Part shown: positions 18,326-27,835 of the stretch, in pieces
Layout of the letters: each line of letters begins with the position of its first letter
How positions within the stretch are numbered: position 1 is the stretch's first letter
Sequence record: NC_102531.1
Length of the DNA: 64,000 bases
Reading direction: 5' to 3' (one strand)
From: a phage
Position numbers and translations under genes: made by a program
The notes under the pieces: generated by a model
Databases searched by the model: none
Told to the model about the DNA's origin: nothing
What the model saw: the letters and a program-made list of their open reading frames with translations, nothing else

Positions 18326-20071
18326 TTAACGTTGTGCAATTACTACGTCTACGATATCACCAACACCACAATACGTTAATTGCAGCAAGGTAACACTGTT
18401 AGCCTTGTTGTTAATAACAGGTGTTGCCGACAGGATAGCATACTTATCGTGCAAAGTCACGTTGTGACCTACAGCATCCTGAATTACATAGATAACCGCA
18501 GTGAATGGATAAGGTTTATCTTCCGCTGATGTCCCAGGCCACTGTCCTATTGTAAAATCCCCTTTCGCGTGAACAACATACATACTGGCCTGCCCGTTAG
18601 GTGTCCATGTCCCACTGGACGCGTCAACCTCCTCTAAATCAAAATCTACCTTTCCTGCGTGGAAAGTAGGGGCAGTAATGGTTTTACCCGCCTCAATTTC
18701 TTGAGAGGTGGTTATCTTGCCACTGGAGTTAATGCCATTACAGACAAAGTTGACATTAGAGAAGTCAGGCAACCACCCAGTCACCGTGCCGGATATTTCA
18801 AGGTTGTGAACAGAGGTGGTGCCAGTCCCTGCTGCGTTTAAACTGACATCTCCATTTACCTGCAAGTTGCGGGTAACGTTGCAGTTTTCAGAGTTTGCAG
18901 TTGTTGCAGTTAAAGTGGTTGTTGTCAGCTCGGTAATTACACCTTTGTTGGCTGTAAGCCCTTCTCCTTCAAAAGTTGCACGCTCATTGACTCTTAAGGT
19001 ATTCAGAGCTATGTTTTGGATAGAGGCCGTACCTCGAATAACTACAGACCCGCCAACCTCCAAATCGCCATTTATCAATGCATCACCAGTGCTTTCAATA
19101 TAGCTAGGGTAGATCATGGTGCCATCGACAGAGTATGTTATCCCTGTAACGGTACCTGTCACCTCAAGGTTCTTAACCCTGGTGGTCCCATCTACCTGCA
19201 ATGTCGGTTCGGTTGCTGCCTTCATGGCATTACCACGAATGTACACGTAGTCAAAAAAGTTATTACCCAGGCCATCAAAATGCACATCGTTATTATTAGC
19301 CACTGGTTTCCCAGAAGTTATAGTGTCAGCTATAACCCTGTGGGTGGACACTTCATGAGGTTGCAGCTCTGTACTTCTCCAGTCTGCATGCTTAGGATCG
19401 CTCCACGCAAAAGTAAGTGTAGAAGTATTTGCCGTGAGGATTAGATTCCTAAAGCGTGCAGTAGAATCTGCCCCATTAACAGGTCCATGTAAGGTAAGGG
19501 TGCCACCAACTATAGTGTTAGCGAGTTCTGTAAGACCTTTTACCACCAAAGACCCTACAGTAACTTTCATCCCCTCCATGGCTTTAAATATGCTATCAAC
19601 ATAGTCAACAACAAACTCTGTGTTTGCTATGGACTCTGACTTATCGTCCATTGGAGGTGTAGGTACTCGTGGGTCACCTTCGAACCTCGGGCTGTTAAGT
19701 TTTGCGTAGTATTTTGCCATTACTGCAGAGTCGGTGTATAATCTCCAGTTTGGAGATTGTGAAGGATCTGCTGGCATTCTAACCGGGTTAGATTTTGATG
19801 CTGCGGGAGCGTACCACCATTGAGGGCCTGTGTCCCCTTTAAACTCATACAGCTGGTTAAAAACTGTTGTGGATGCACCATACGCCCAAGGGATCGGTGG
19901 CGTTTTAAAATAAAGGTTGTCAAGCATGGCTTTTCGTACCGTAGGGATGGTGGTCCCATCCTCTACGACAACTTCATCCACAGCGTTACCGTTGACAACC
20001 AAGTGCAAACGTTCAGAATCAACAATTACTTGATCTACCGCCTGCTCAAAGCTTGTCATGTCTTGCGCCAT
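18326..20071 (-). CDS. tail fibre protein (581 aa)
   Basis: ORF track; Thr/Gly/Asn-rich beta-repeat composition (TGTVTGITYSVDG, NLEISGTVTG) typical of fibre shafts. Confidence 0.5.
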   Translation of the reverse strand: MAQDMTSFEQAVDQVIVDSERLHLVVNGNAVDEVVVEDGTTIPTVRKAMLDNLYFKTPPIPWAYGASTTVFNQLYEFKGDTGPQWWYAPAASKSNPVRMPADPSQSPNWRLYTDSAVMAKYYAKLNSPRFEGDPRVPTPPMDDKSESIANTEFVVDYVDSIFKAMEGMKVTVGSLVVKGLTELANTIVGGTLTLHGPVNGADSTARFRNLILTANTSTLTFAWSDPKHADWRSTELQPHEVSTHRVIADTITSGKPVANNNDVHFDGLGNNFFDYVYIRGNAMKAATEPTLQVDGTTRVKNLEVTGTVTGITYSVDGTMIYPSYIESTGDALINGDLEVGGSVVIRGTASIQNIALNTLRVNERATFEGEGLTANKGVITELTTTTLTATTANSENCNVTRNLQVNGDVSLNAAGTGTTSVHNLEISGTVTGWLPDFSNVNFVCNGINSSGKITTSQEIEAGKTITAPTFHAGKVDFDLEEVDASSGTWTPNGQASMYVVHAKGDFTIGQWPGTSAEDKPYPFTAVIYVIQDAVGHNVTLHDKYAILSATPVINNKANSVTLLQLTYCGVGDIVDVVIAQR

Positions 20072-20080
20072 GATTTCTCC

Positions 20081-20347
20081 TTAAGCTTTTTGCTCTTCGT
20101 TTTTAACGTGGTCAGGGTGCTGGCAACCCCACCGGAGCGAGATGAATTTGCTAATAAGCTGGGGGCAAGCTACTGAAGGCGCGTATATCCACGCATACCA
20201 TTCAGGAAGCGTATCATTATACCCCATATGAATAAACACCCCAGTCATCACCGCCATGCCTATGTTCGACCATAGCTTAGATTGGGATACTTTCGTAGGG
20301 TCATCAGATGCCGCAACCAGTCCCCATAAAAACTGAGTTAGTTTCAT
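20081..20347 (-). CDS. small hydrophobic protein (88 aa), possible fibre chaperone or membrane protein
   Basis: ORF track; hydrophobic stretches FLWGLVAA and IGMAVMTGVFIHM; immediately downstream of the 347-aa fibre gene. Confidence 0.4.
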   Translation of the reverse strand: MKLTQFLWGLVAASDDPTKVSQSKLWSNIGMAVMTGVFIHMGYNDTLPEWYAWIYAPSVACPQLISKFISLRWGCQHPDHVKNEEQKA

Positions 20348-20358
20348 TTACCCTCTTT

Positions 20359-21402
20359 TTAAGCATAAGATATAGTGATCCATTGACCATTTACAAGTTT
20401 TTGGATAGCACCTGTCCAGTAATCACCTTGATAAGGGTGTTTATAAGCGTAGTTACCAGAGCACATCACATGTCCAGGGTAGACTCTTGACTCTCTGTAG
20501 GTGGTTTTGAAACGGTTTGCTATCCTTACATCATCAACACCTCTGCTGGGCATAGGGATAGTAAGGTTACCACTACCGTCTGCGCTGTTACCATTTACCC
20601 TACGGACCACGTTTCTTCCACCAACTGTTGCATATTGGCCCCTGACGGTTTCATCGTTACAATCAACTCTTCCACCTATTTGAGCGCTTCCGCAGGATTG
20701 TTGTCCGTTAACAGTGGCTCTTGGTATCGTAACTGCATTGGCATTTGCAGAGGAACTTTTTGCGTCGTTGCATTCAAGATTTCCTTGGATAGCCAGTCTT
20801 GCACGGTTGGCAGTTATAGCATTGAGCTTCATAGCTGAAAACACAGGCTGCCCACCAGAAGGTTGAAATCTCCAACGGAACCCGTCTATTTGGTGAGAAG
20901 GATCATCAAGATCTGTGCCGTCAGCACCACCGATGTTGTCCATAATCCAGAAATCCATCATCGTCTTGTCTGAGGTTATGGTGGTATATATTGCCGCACT
21001 GTCTGTTGACGCAGATGCAAACTCGATTCTTTGGAGACCTAAAGTTTGAGTCTGAATCATTATGTCTCCAGACTTGTCAACATATAGATCGTCCATTTCT
21101 TCAGGTGAATATACATTGAGAACTTGACGTGCAGCAGCTTTGTCTGGAACGTCTGCTAGATTATTAGTGACCCTTAAGAATCTATTATCCCATCCTGGGA
21201 CAACATCTTCTGTTAAATGCTTTAACCACGCAGAAAGCATGTGAAGTTCAAAGTTAACAACTTCACATGCCACTCTTTGTGTCATATCCCAACCTTTCAA
21301 TCTCTCTTCTTTTTTTGGTTGAGACTTATTCAATTCTCCCGTATTTTCAAGCACAACATCCTGATTGGCCCAAATATCAAGAGGGATAACTGGTTTAGTC
21401 AT
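20359..21402 (-). CDS. tail fibre protein, paralog B (347 aa)
   Basis: Shares N-terminus (M.KP..PL.IWA..D.VL.NT) and C-terminus (QKLVNGQWIT.SYA) with 22417..23457; central region diverged. Confidence 0.6.
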   Translation of the reverse strand: MTKPVIPLDIWANQDVVLENTGELNKSQPKKEERLKGWDMTQRVACEVVNFELHMLSAWLKHLTEDVVPGWDNRFLRVTNNLADVPDKAAARQVLNVYSPEEMDDLYVDKSGDIMIQTQTLGLQRIEFASASTDSAAIYTTITSDKTMMDFWIMDNIGGADGTDLDDPSHQIDGFRWRFQPSGGQPVFSAMKLNAITANRARLAIQGNLECNDAKSSSANANAVTIPRATVNGQQSCGSAQIGGRVDCNDETVRGQYATVGGRNVVRRVNGNSADGSGNLTIPMPSRGVDDVRIANRFKTTYRESRVYPGHVMCSGNYAYKHPYQGDYWTGAIQKLVNGQWITISYA

Positions 21403-21491
21403 CGCGTTCTCCTGAGAAAATTCCTTAGGACTATTTTAACACTTTAGAGAACAAAATGCAAGAACGGAGTCCTTTCCGTTCTGACCTTTGT

Positions 21492-21806
21492 TTACCTTTT
21501 ACTATGCTCTACGAGCATGTGCAAAATCTTTTGTACATCAGCTCGGATACCGGAGACATCTGTCCTGACATCCTGCTTAAGGTCGTTAATATCGGCCTCT
21601 AGCTTGCTTAACCGGGTCTCGATAACGGAATCAAGTCTATCTTTTGTAACCATACTGTTTTTCACTAAGATGAGGTCTTTCTCCAGCTCATCTAACCTCT
21701 TGGAAATGCCTTTCCATTTGGTGTGCCACTGGTTGAAAGCCCATACACAGATCGGGACAACGGTACCCATGCAGATACCGTACAATGCCGCCAAATCCAA
21801 CTCCAC
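21492..21806 (-). CDS. small membrane-anchored coiled-coil protein (104 aa)
   Basis: N-terminal hydrophobic helix LAALYGICMGTVVPICVWAF followed by heptad-like sequence; function unknown. Confidence 0.4.
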   Translation of the reverse strand: MELDLAALYGICMGTVVPICVWAFNQWHTKWKGISKRLDELEKDLILVKNSMVTKDRLDSVIETRLSKLEADINDLKQDVRTDVSGIRADVQKILHMLVEHSKR

Positions 21807-21817
21807 AACACCTCCTC

Positions 21818-22402
21818 TTAGAGGGTAGGTCGCTCCGGGAAGAAAATGTCAGGGGCTTTAGATGTATCTATTTCAAGAAGTTTTACCCTGTACATTTTCA
21901 AATCTCTGATGTTACGTTTCTGGTCATCAGTAAGATCATATTCAAGGTCAATCATGTCTTGATAGGCACCAATTCTAGCAGTAGCCCAAGCAAGTTCTGT
22001 CTCTATGACACCCTCTGCCTGTTGAACAAAGAATTCATTGTCTGTGACAAATTCATCACCAACTAAACGCAAAGCGTCGTGGTGAAGCATAATGTTTTCT
22101 GGTACCTCTTCTTTTTTGGCGATAACCACACGAAGACCTGGAGCAGGCCATAAGGCATCAGGTTCTTCTGTAGATGTCTTAAGAATTCCCTTTTCGTCAA
22201 CAAGTAGGAAGATACAACCCGGATTTTCTTGTCGTAATGTTCGTGACTGCACATACCAATCGCCATCATCATTACGTAAAAAATACCCAGTGTATGCGGT
22301 GTAATCCTCAACCTCTTGAGGGGTCAGCTCTTTGGTTTCCTTGTTGGCGTGGTATTCGCCAGATCCCGGTTGGTAAAGTTTAAACTCTTGAAGTATTTTC
22401 AT
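21818..22402 (-). CDS. tail fibre assembly chaperone (Tfa-like)
   Basis: 194 aa directly downstream of fibre paralog A; C-terminus ...QKRNIRDLKMYRVKLLEIDTSKAPDIFFPERP resembles the conserved Tfa C-terminal motif. Confidence 0.5.
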   Translation of the reverse strand: MKILQEFKLYQPGSGEYHANKETKELTPQEVEDYTAYTGYFLRNDDGDWYVQSRTLRQENPGCIFLLVDEKGILKTSTEEPDALWPAPGLRVVIAKKEEVPENIMLHHDALRLVGDEFVTDNEFFVQQAEGVIETELAWATARIGAYQDMIDLEYDLTDDQKRNIRDLKMYRVKLLEIDTSKAPDIFFPERPTL

Positions 22403-22416
22403 GCTAGTCCCCCGAT

Positions 22417-23457
22417 CTATGCATAATTAACAGTGATCCATTGACCATTTACAAGTTTTTGTAAAGGTCCTGCCCAGTAAGTTGAACCACGCATCTCTTT
22501 TTTGTCACCGAAATGCCAGCCTGTGACAACGTAGCCGTTGCGGATTGGGGATTCAGAAACGCCGTCCACAAGTCTTGCACCGATTCTGATGTCTTGCACA
22601 CCTGTCTGCGGGATGGTGATCGTTACATCACCGTTACCGTTAGCCGTCACTCCGTTCACAGAGCGAACCACATTTCTGTTACCGACAACACAGTGCTGGC
22701 TTCTTACAACCATACTGTCACAACTTGCACCACCATTAACATATACTGACCCAGCCGTCAATTGACTAGCCACATTACAGTTGGTGAATGTTGCTGTATT
22801 GCTGATAGTAAGGTTATTACACCTCATGTTATCGACAACTTCAACATTGCCTACCACTTTCAACAGCGCACGGTTAGCCGTGATCGCGTTAAGGTACATC
22901 AAAGTGAACTCTGGATTAATATCCGGCTGAGTTGGCTGGAATCTCCAACGAAACGCATCTATTGTAGATGTGCCACCATCATCAAACGACCCAATATTAT
23001 CACTTAACCCAAAGTCGAGAGTTGTCTTATCTGGGCCAATAGTTGTCTCTATCCAAGCCTTATCTGTATCGGCAGCTTTAAAGTTGATACGTTGCAAACC
23101 CAATGGGCCTGTCATTGTATCACCTGTAACTTTTACATACCTGGCGTCTGCCTCTTCCTTAGTAATAATCCCAAGGTTTCTACGGGCAACAGGGATGTTC
23201 AAAAGATCACTCAAGTTATTATCACGTACCAGATAACGGCCTTCTTGAGCGGGGATCTGCTCGTCAGCAATGTATTTTGCCCAAGTTCCGAGCATATTGA
23301 AAATATAGTTAAGTTCTTCACATGAGGGCTTTTGACCAAGATCCCAACCTTTTCTCCACAAATCATCAATCGGGCGTAGCCTGTTCTGTCTGTGGGTGTT
23401 AGGCAGAACCTGATCCTCCTCTGCCCAAATCTCTAATGGAAAACTAGGTTTTGACAT
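22417..23457 (-). CDS. tail fibre protein, paralog A (346 aa)
   Basis: See paralog B; C-terminal ...QKLVNGQWITVNYA resembles P2 gpH-type fibre tips (from memory, not searched). Confidence 0.6.
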   Translation of the reverse strand: MSKPSFPLEIWAEEDQVLPNTHRQNRLRPIDDLWRKGWDLGQKPSCEELNYIFNMLGTWAKYIADEQIPAQEGRYLVRDNNLSDLLNIPVARRNLGIITKEEADARYVKVTGDTMTGPLGLQRINFKAADTDKAWIETTIGPDKTTLDFGLSDNIGSFDDGGTSTIDAFRWRFQPTQPDINPEFTLMYLNAITANRALLKVVGNVEVVDNMRCNNLTISNTATFTNCNVASQLTAGSVYVNGGASCDSMVVRSQHCVVGNRNVVRSVNGVTANGNGDVTITIPQTGVQDIRIGARLVDGVSESPIRNGYVVTGWHFGDKKEMRGSTYWAGPLQKLVNGQWITVNYA

Positions 23458-23469
23458 TTTATCTCCTGA

Positions 23470-25542
23470 TTATGAGAAGTCTGGCGGGACAACATCTTCT
23501 ACATACCCTTTCAGAGCAACCTGCCCCATATGAAGCACGGTAGAATCTCTAGCGGTAACAGTGATGCTGTCAGACATTACTTGCGGGTATGCCCACACAT
23601 ACTGTTTTACCTCAGGATATCTATACTCTATAGTTGCCATGTTTCCGCAAATACATCTCCATAAAAATTCTTGGTAATTCCTAGTTGGGTCGTAACCATA
23701 TACCGGAGCAAGCTCTTTACTAGGAACGAACCCTGCAAGGTATTGTATTTCAGACGGTTGCCAACCTAACTTAACGATAGGTATGTTTACAGACTCTTTT
23801 GCCTTTTCAATACCTCCCTGCATCACCCAATCGTAGCACTCGGTGCAGAAGAAATCAAGAGCACCTGCTTCCTTTTTATATTGGTCAGCAAGGTTCAGCT
23901 TTTGCGTAAGCTCAGTTTCCATAATGGTTGGGAAAAACAACAAAGCTGTCATCTGAGCTGATGCAGCGTGTGCCTTTATTGCCTTTGAAATAGCCGCAAT
24001 ACGAGCGCCAAGCTTACCACGACAAAATGCTACATACTTGTCGTAAACACCGCCAGTTTTAGGATCGTCAATAGTCCCAATATCTAATGCATACTCACCT
24101 GTCTCATCATAAAACGCCTGCTTTGTAGGGTAATCATAAATACAAGGTCTACGAGTATCGGTATTGTACCACCACCACGGTTCACCAACCTGCATAATCA
24201 CTGGCAGGTTGTTTCTCATAGCGGCTGATGCAAAATTCTTAAATACTGCAGTAAGGAAATTCATACCCTCTTCAATGGTTGGAGACAGGAGGTAGCTACA
24301 AGGTGTATACCCTGTTTTAGCGTAGTTATCGTTCCAGTCTCTTTGGGTCCATTCCAACGGGCAGGCATCGCTGAAAAGCTCAAAACTTACAGACTGCATA
24401 ACGTCGAAGTTATGTCGTTTGGCATTGTACATAAAATCATCATGCCATTTATAGGCTGCAGCGTTTAGCGCTCCTGTTCTGTTTATAGACCATTGGGTTC
24501 CTGACCATGTGTAGTCATAATAATGACTCATACCAACATAATGGTTTATGGTTCCGGTATAGCCCAGACGCTTGATATTGTTCAACACCCTTAAAGGAGA
24601 TACGTTCCACATATCGTCATATGCGGTGCAGATCCCAACGTCGTGCTCTCTCACCTGAATATTGTTAAGTTGCATCATTTTCCAGCCTGTGTCTGGCTGA
24701 AGCAGATCTAGGCGCAACTCACACTCTACGTTTTCCGTTCTCGGGTCTGTGCTGTTACTTACCCAGTCTTTAGGCATGAGCGGTATTAAAATCCTTCTCA
24801 CCTGCCGAGGATCAACACCCATCATGTTGTTGTTCTGGTCCATCCCAACGCAGTCCTCAAAATCAATATGAATTTCTGCAACATTCTTATCCTCTGAGAT
24901 GCTGACAGCATATTGAGCTAAAGGAACATAGATGATTGTGCCATCAACAAGGTCTACAGTCATAATCATCTTTTCAGGGGTGGAGAAGTTGCTGGCGTTG
25001 GTTATTGACATTCTGAACCAAAGCTTGGTGTTTCTCATCTCATAATGATCATCAAATCCAATACCGAAATGGTCATACTTGTCAACTGTTTCCCAAATGC
25101 ACCCAGCCATACCCCCATATGTTCTTGACACTAAACGGTTAATACAACAGTTGTTATCTGCAACAATACAGGTACTTTCAGTCTGCTGAGTAGTTGTAAC
25201 CCAATATCTTGGGTGAAACATTCTCTCCTCAACAGTATCCCAAGATATCCTGTCAAGATTCTCATCTGAAACTATTGTACATTTCGCCCTTTGTGTCCCG
25301 ATCATCACCCCTTGGGATTTTGATGAAAACTCCATAAAGAAGCTTCTTGGCAACCTGTTGGGTAATTTGTCAACAATTTCCACCGGGATCTCAATACTGG
25401 TTGCCCCAACTGGGATAGTTACATCGCCCTCAACATGATCATAATCCCTACCCGGAACGGCAGTATCCTGAACTGTGCGGTAATGAAACCGTGCAGCCAT
25501 TGTAGAGTAATCACGGTAAGGTTTAAAAACAGCTGTTGCCAT
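23470..25542 (-). CDS. tail/baseplate-associated protein (690 aa), possible carbohydrate-active domain
   Basis: Large ORF between baseplate genes and fibre genes; Trp-rich MQVGEPWWWYN segment; no firm family call. Confidence 0.45.
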   Translation of the reverse strand: MATAVFKPYRDYSTMAARFHYRTVQDTAVPGRDYDHVEGDVTIPVGATSIEIPVEIVDKLPNRLPRSFFMEFSSKSQGVMIGTQRAKCTIVSDENLDRISWDTVEERMFHPRYWVTTTQQTESTCIVADNNCCINRLVSRTYGGMAGCIWETVDKYDHFGIGFDDHYEMRNTKLWFRMSITNASNFSTPEKMIMTVDLVDGTIIYVPLAQYAVSISEDKNVAEIHIDFEDCVGMDQNNNMMGVDPRQVRRILIPLMPKDWVSNSTDPRTENVECELRLDLLQPDTGWKMMQLNNIQVREHDVGICTAYDDMWNVSPLRVLNNIKRLGYTGTINHYVGMSHYYDYTWSGTQWSINRTGALNAAAYKWHDDFMYNAKRHNFDVMQSVSFELFSDACPLEWTQRDWNDNYAKTGYTPCSYLLSPTIEEGMNFLTAVFKNFASAAMRNNLPVIMQVGEPWWWYNTDTRRPCIYDYPTKQAFYDETGEYALDIGTIDDPKTGGVYDKYVAFCRGKLGARIAAISKAIKAHAASAQMTALLFFPTIMETELTQKLNLADQYKKEAGALDFFCTECYDWVMQGGIEKAKESVNIPIVKLGWQPSEIQYLAGFVPSKELAPVYGYDPTRNYQEFLWRCICGNMATIEYRYPEVKQYVWAYPQVMSDSITVTARDSTVLHMGQVALKGYVEDVVPPDFS

Positions 25543-26228
25543 TAACCCTCCTGTCTAGTTGCGTTTACTGTAATACTTTCACAATAAATGGTTGTGGTGT
25601 CCCAATCAGGTCTTACGTCAGGAACATACAGCAAAGTAGCCAGCCCACCAACTCCGAACTGGTTTTCTTCCCATACTGATCCGAAGCCAAGAGCTGTGGA
25701 GTCCCCTTCAAAACCAAAAGCTTGCCCTTGCGATTCTGTAAGGCGCAAATGACAAGGCAATGGCAGCATATCTAAGATCTGATCGATAGACTGCAATATG
25801 TCAAAGCAAGTTTTTCTAATGTTTATGTCAAACCTGAAGTTGTCTCCTTTCCACGTATCGAAATTGTTTCTTCCGAACAATTGTCGCAAGGTGGAGATGA
25901 CATCTTCGCGAGTCCCTCCCCTTGATGCTGCGGCCTGCTGAATAATTAGTGTGGCACGAAAATCAGCATCTGAGAGTCCATTCCTAAGAATACCAAGTTG
26001 ATTACCAACTTCGTCAAGGTATCTTCCGCTGGCATTGTTAAGCAATCTTCCTTCAGCCAAACCTACCAGCATCTTATCAACATCCTCCAACCTTTTAAGG
26101 TACACGGTTAAGAATGTGACTAAATTAACCTTCTCAGCCAGAAAATCTCCAGGCAGGTAGTCAAGACCTCCCTGAACAAAATCTGGCAGAGTGTGGATGT
26201 GGTTAACATCCGACTTAATCTCTGCCAT
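25542..26228 (-). CDS. baseplate wedge protein (P2 gpI-like, tentative)
   Basis: 228 aa immediately downstream of the baseplate J-like gene, the J-I order seen in P2/Mu-type baseplates. Confidence 0.4.
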   Translation of the reverse strand: MAEIKSDVNHIHTLPDFVQGGLDYLPGDFLAEKVNLVTFLTVYLKRLEDVDKMLVGLAEGRLLNNASGRYLDEVGNQLGILRNGLSDADFRATLIIQQAAASRGGTREDVISTLRQLFGRNNFDTWKGDNFRFDINIRKTCFDILQSIDQILDMLPLPCHLRLTESQGQAFGFEGDSTALGFGSVWEENQFGVGGLATLLYVPDVRPDWDTTTIYCESITVNATRQEG

Positions 26229-26239
26229 ATCTCGCCGCC

Positions 26240-27730
26240 TTAAATAGTTTGTTGGAAAGTTATATTACTTTCGTCGAGGTCAAACACCTCGGTCATGTTC
26301 GCAACAATATCGTTTGTAGTGTAAGCTTCATCAGAAGCTCCTACTGGTTTAACTTGAATTACCAGTCTATTAAATCTGCCTATAGACACAGCAGCAGATG
26401 CAGCACCGACCAATTGGATATTGTACAACGTATCTGCAACATCCAGTCCGTTAACAACCTGCAAAAGAGCCTCTACAATGGCATCTTTTTCGGTTGTGGA
26501 AAGCGCAGCACCGGAGTAGGTAATTCTTACATCCAGGCGGTAGGTATTTGCCTTGGAATAATAAATTCTTTCAGTTTGACCGTCAGATGTAGTGACATCG
26601 TAGAAAATATTACCATAAGTCCTGTTCGTACAGGCTATAGTTTGGTAAAGTGCTTGGCAAATGTCCTCCGTTGCACCACCAAACACAACCACTTGGAACT
26701 TGTAAGGAGGTATACCTTTAGCATCAGTTTTATCGGTGTTGTTGGAGAACACTCTCACTTTCTCAACACCTTTTACCTCGCTTACAGCGCTAAGGATTGC
26801 AGGACGGGTAGCCTTCGATGTTAACTGTTTTGTGCTGGAAGCTCTTAAGCGATACTCTGAGTCTTTTTCAACATCCCTTCCCTCATTGAATCTTTCTCGG
26901 TTGGTAAGCTTAATAAATCCACTGGGGGTAGGCGACATTGTTGTCACGGTTTCTGCCTCTCTTGACAGCTCACCAGCCTCGTTAGCGATAACATCTAGGG
27001 TGATAGTTCTTTCCCCTACAATCGGGGATACTCTGAAATCTACCCTACTATTAAGTCCAACTTGATCAAGATTCGAATTGTACCCTATCCACAACGTTCC
27101 TGTCAACATATCGATTTGAATCAAATCGTCGTTCAACAGAGTTGTATTATCGACAATGAATTGCTTAATCTCTCCGTAAAAGCTTGGCAGATCAGAAGAG
27201 TCCAGAGCCTTATCTGTTAAAACCAGACTTTTTGTTTTGATACTTCCATCTGTCTGGTTGGTAATTTGAAAGTTGTATTTCCCAATTCTTAGATCTGGAG
27301 CGTTTATCCTGTGAGCAATAAGATTCCCTGCTACCTGCACGTCGTTGCTAAGAACAAAGTTCCCACTGTCTAATGTGTAAGTTTTGGAATCGTAAATCAT
27401 GTTGTACGGCACAGTTGTGTTGATCGTCAACTGGCAGGTACCTGATGATTTAGAACGGCCTCTTCGGTAAATACCCTGTCTTCCAAGAAGTTCATCTAGG
27501 TAAATACCTTCTGCCCCATACAGCGTCTGCGATGCGTATACAGATGCTGCCATAAGAATAAGTTGATACTCTCGCTCGTTGAAGATAGTGGTCAGCTTAT
27601 CTGCAACGGAGTTACTCTGTACGTTGAAGTTTTCGCCAAAAGCACGGATCAGGCTTTGCTTAGTTTCAACGATTAGGTCATTTAGGGTTGGTATAACGAA
27701 ACCAGCCTCTGTCAATCCATACTTAGCCAC
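26240..27730 (-). CDS. baseplate J-like protein
   Basis: 496 aa; N-terminal region ...SQTLYGAEGIYLDELLGRQGIYRRGRSKSSG fits the Baseplate_J pattern (A.G..LD...G..R). Confidence 0.5.
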   Translation of the reverse strand: MAKYGLTEAGFVIPTLNDLIVETKQSLIRAFGENFNVQSNSVADKLTTIFNEREYQLILMAASVYASQTLYGAEGIYLDELLGRQGIYRRGRSKSSGTCQLTINTTVPYNMIYDSKTYTLDSGNFVLSNDVQVAGNLIAHRINAPDLRIGKYNFQITNQTDGSIKTKSLVLTDKALDSSDLPSFYGEIKQFIVDNTTLLNDDLIQIDMLTGTLWIGYNSNLDQVGLNSRVDFRVSPIVGERTITLDVIANEAGELSREAETVTTMSPTPSGFIKLTNRERFNEGRDVEKDSEYRLRASSTKQLTSKATRPAILSAVSEVKGVEKVRVFSNNTDKTDAKGIPPYKFQVVVFGGATEDICQALYQTIACTNRTYGNIFYDVTTSDGQTERIYYSKANTYRLDVRITYSGAALSTTEKDAIVEALLQVVNGLDVADTLYNIQLVGAASAAVSIGRFNRLVIQVKPVGASDEAYTTNDIVANMTEVFDLDESNITFQQTI

Positions 27731-27810
27731 GTCACTCCTCCGGTATGAAAATCTCTACAAGGTATTTTACCAAATTTTGTAACAATAGTCAATCTGAGCA
27801 TAAAAATAAA

Positions 27811-27826
27811 CCCCGCCGAAGCGGGG
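27811..27826 (-). terminator. rho-independent terminator, UUCG-tetraloop hairpin
   Basis: Exact ccccgccgaagcgggg copy (same 16-mer as at 1385), A-run on plus side; directly downstream of the 27836 stop. Confidence 0.5.
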
Positions 27827-27835
27827 CTTTAAAGG

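Noticed and set aside
12939-19444. Many plus-strand ORFs from the six-frame track (e.g. 12939..13343, 14339..14761, 15836..16438, 16454..17047, 17327..18142, 19016..19444) inside the fibre genes
   Set aside because: They are antisense to long, uninterrupted minus-strand ORFs with coherent structural-protein composition, and lack ribosome-binding sites. The same applies to comparable plus-strand ORFs throughout 20000-61000.
20359-23457. Invertible (Mu G-segment-like) host-range switch for the two fibre paralogs
   Set aside because: Both fibre genes and their accessory genes are on the same strand, and I found no flanking inverted repeats or invertase gene in the window.
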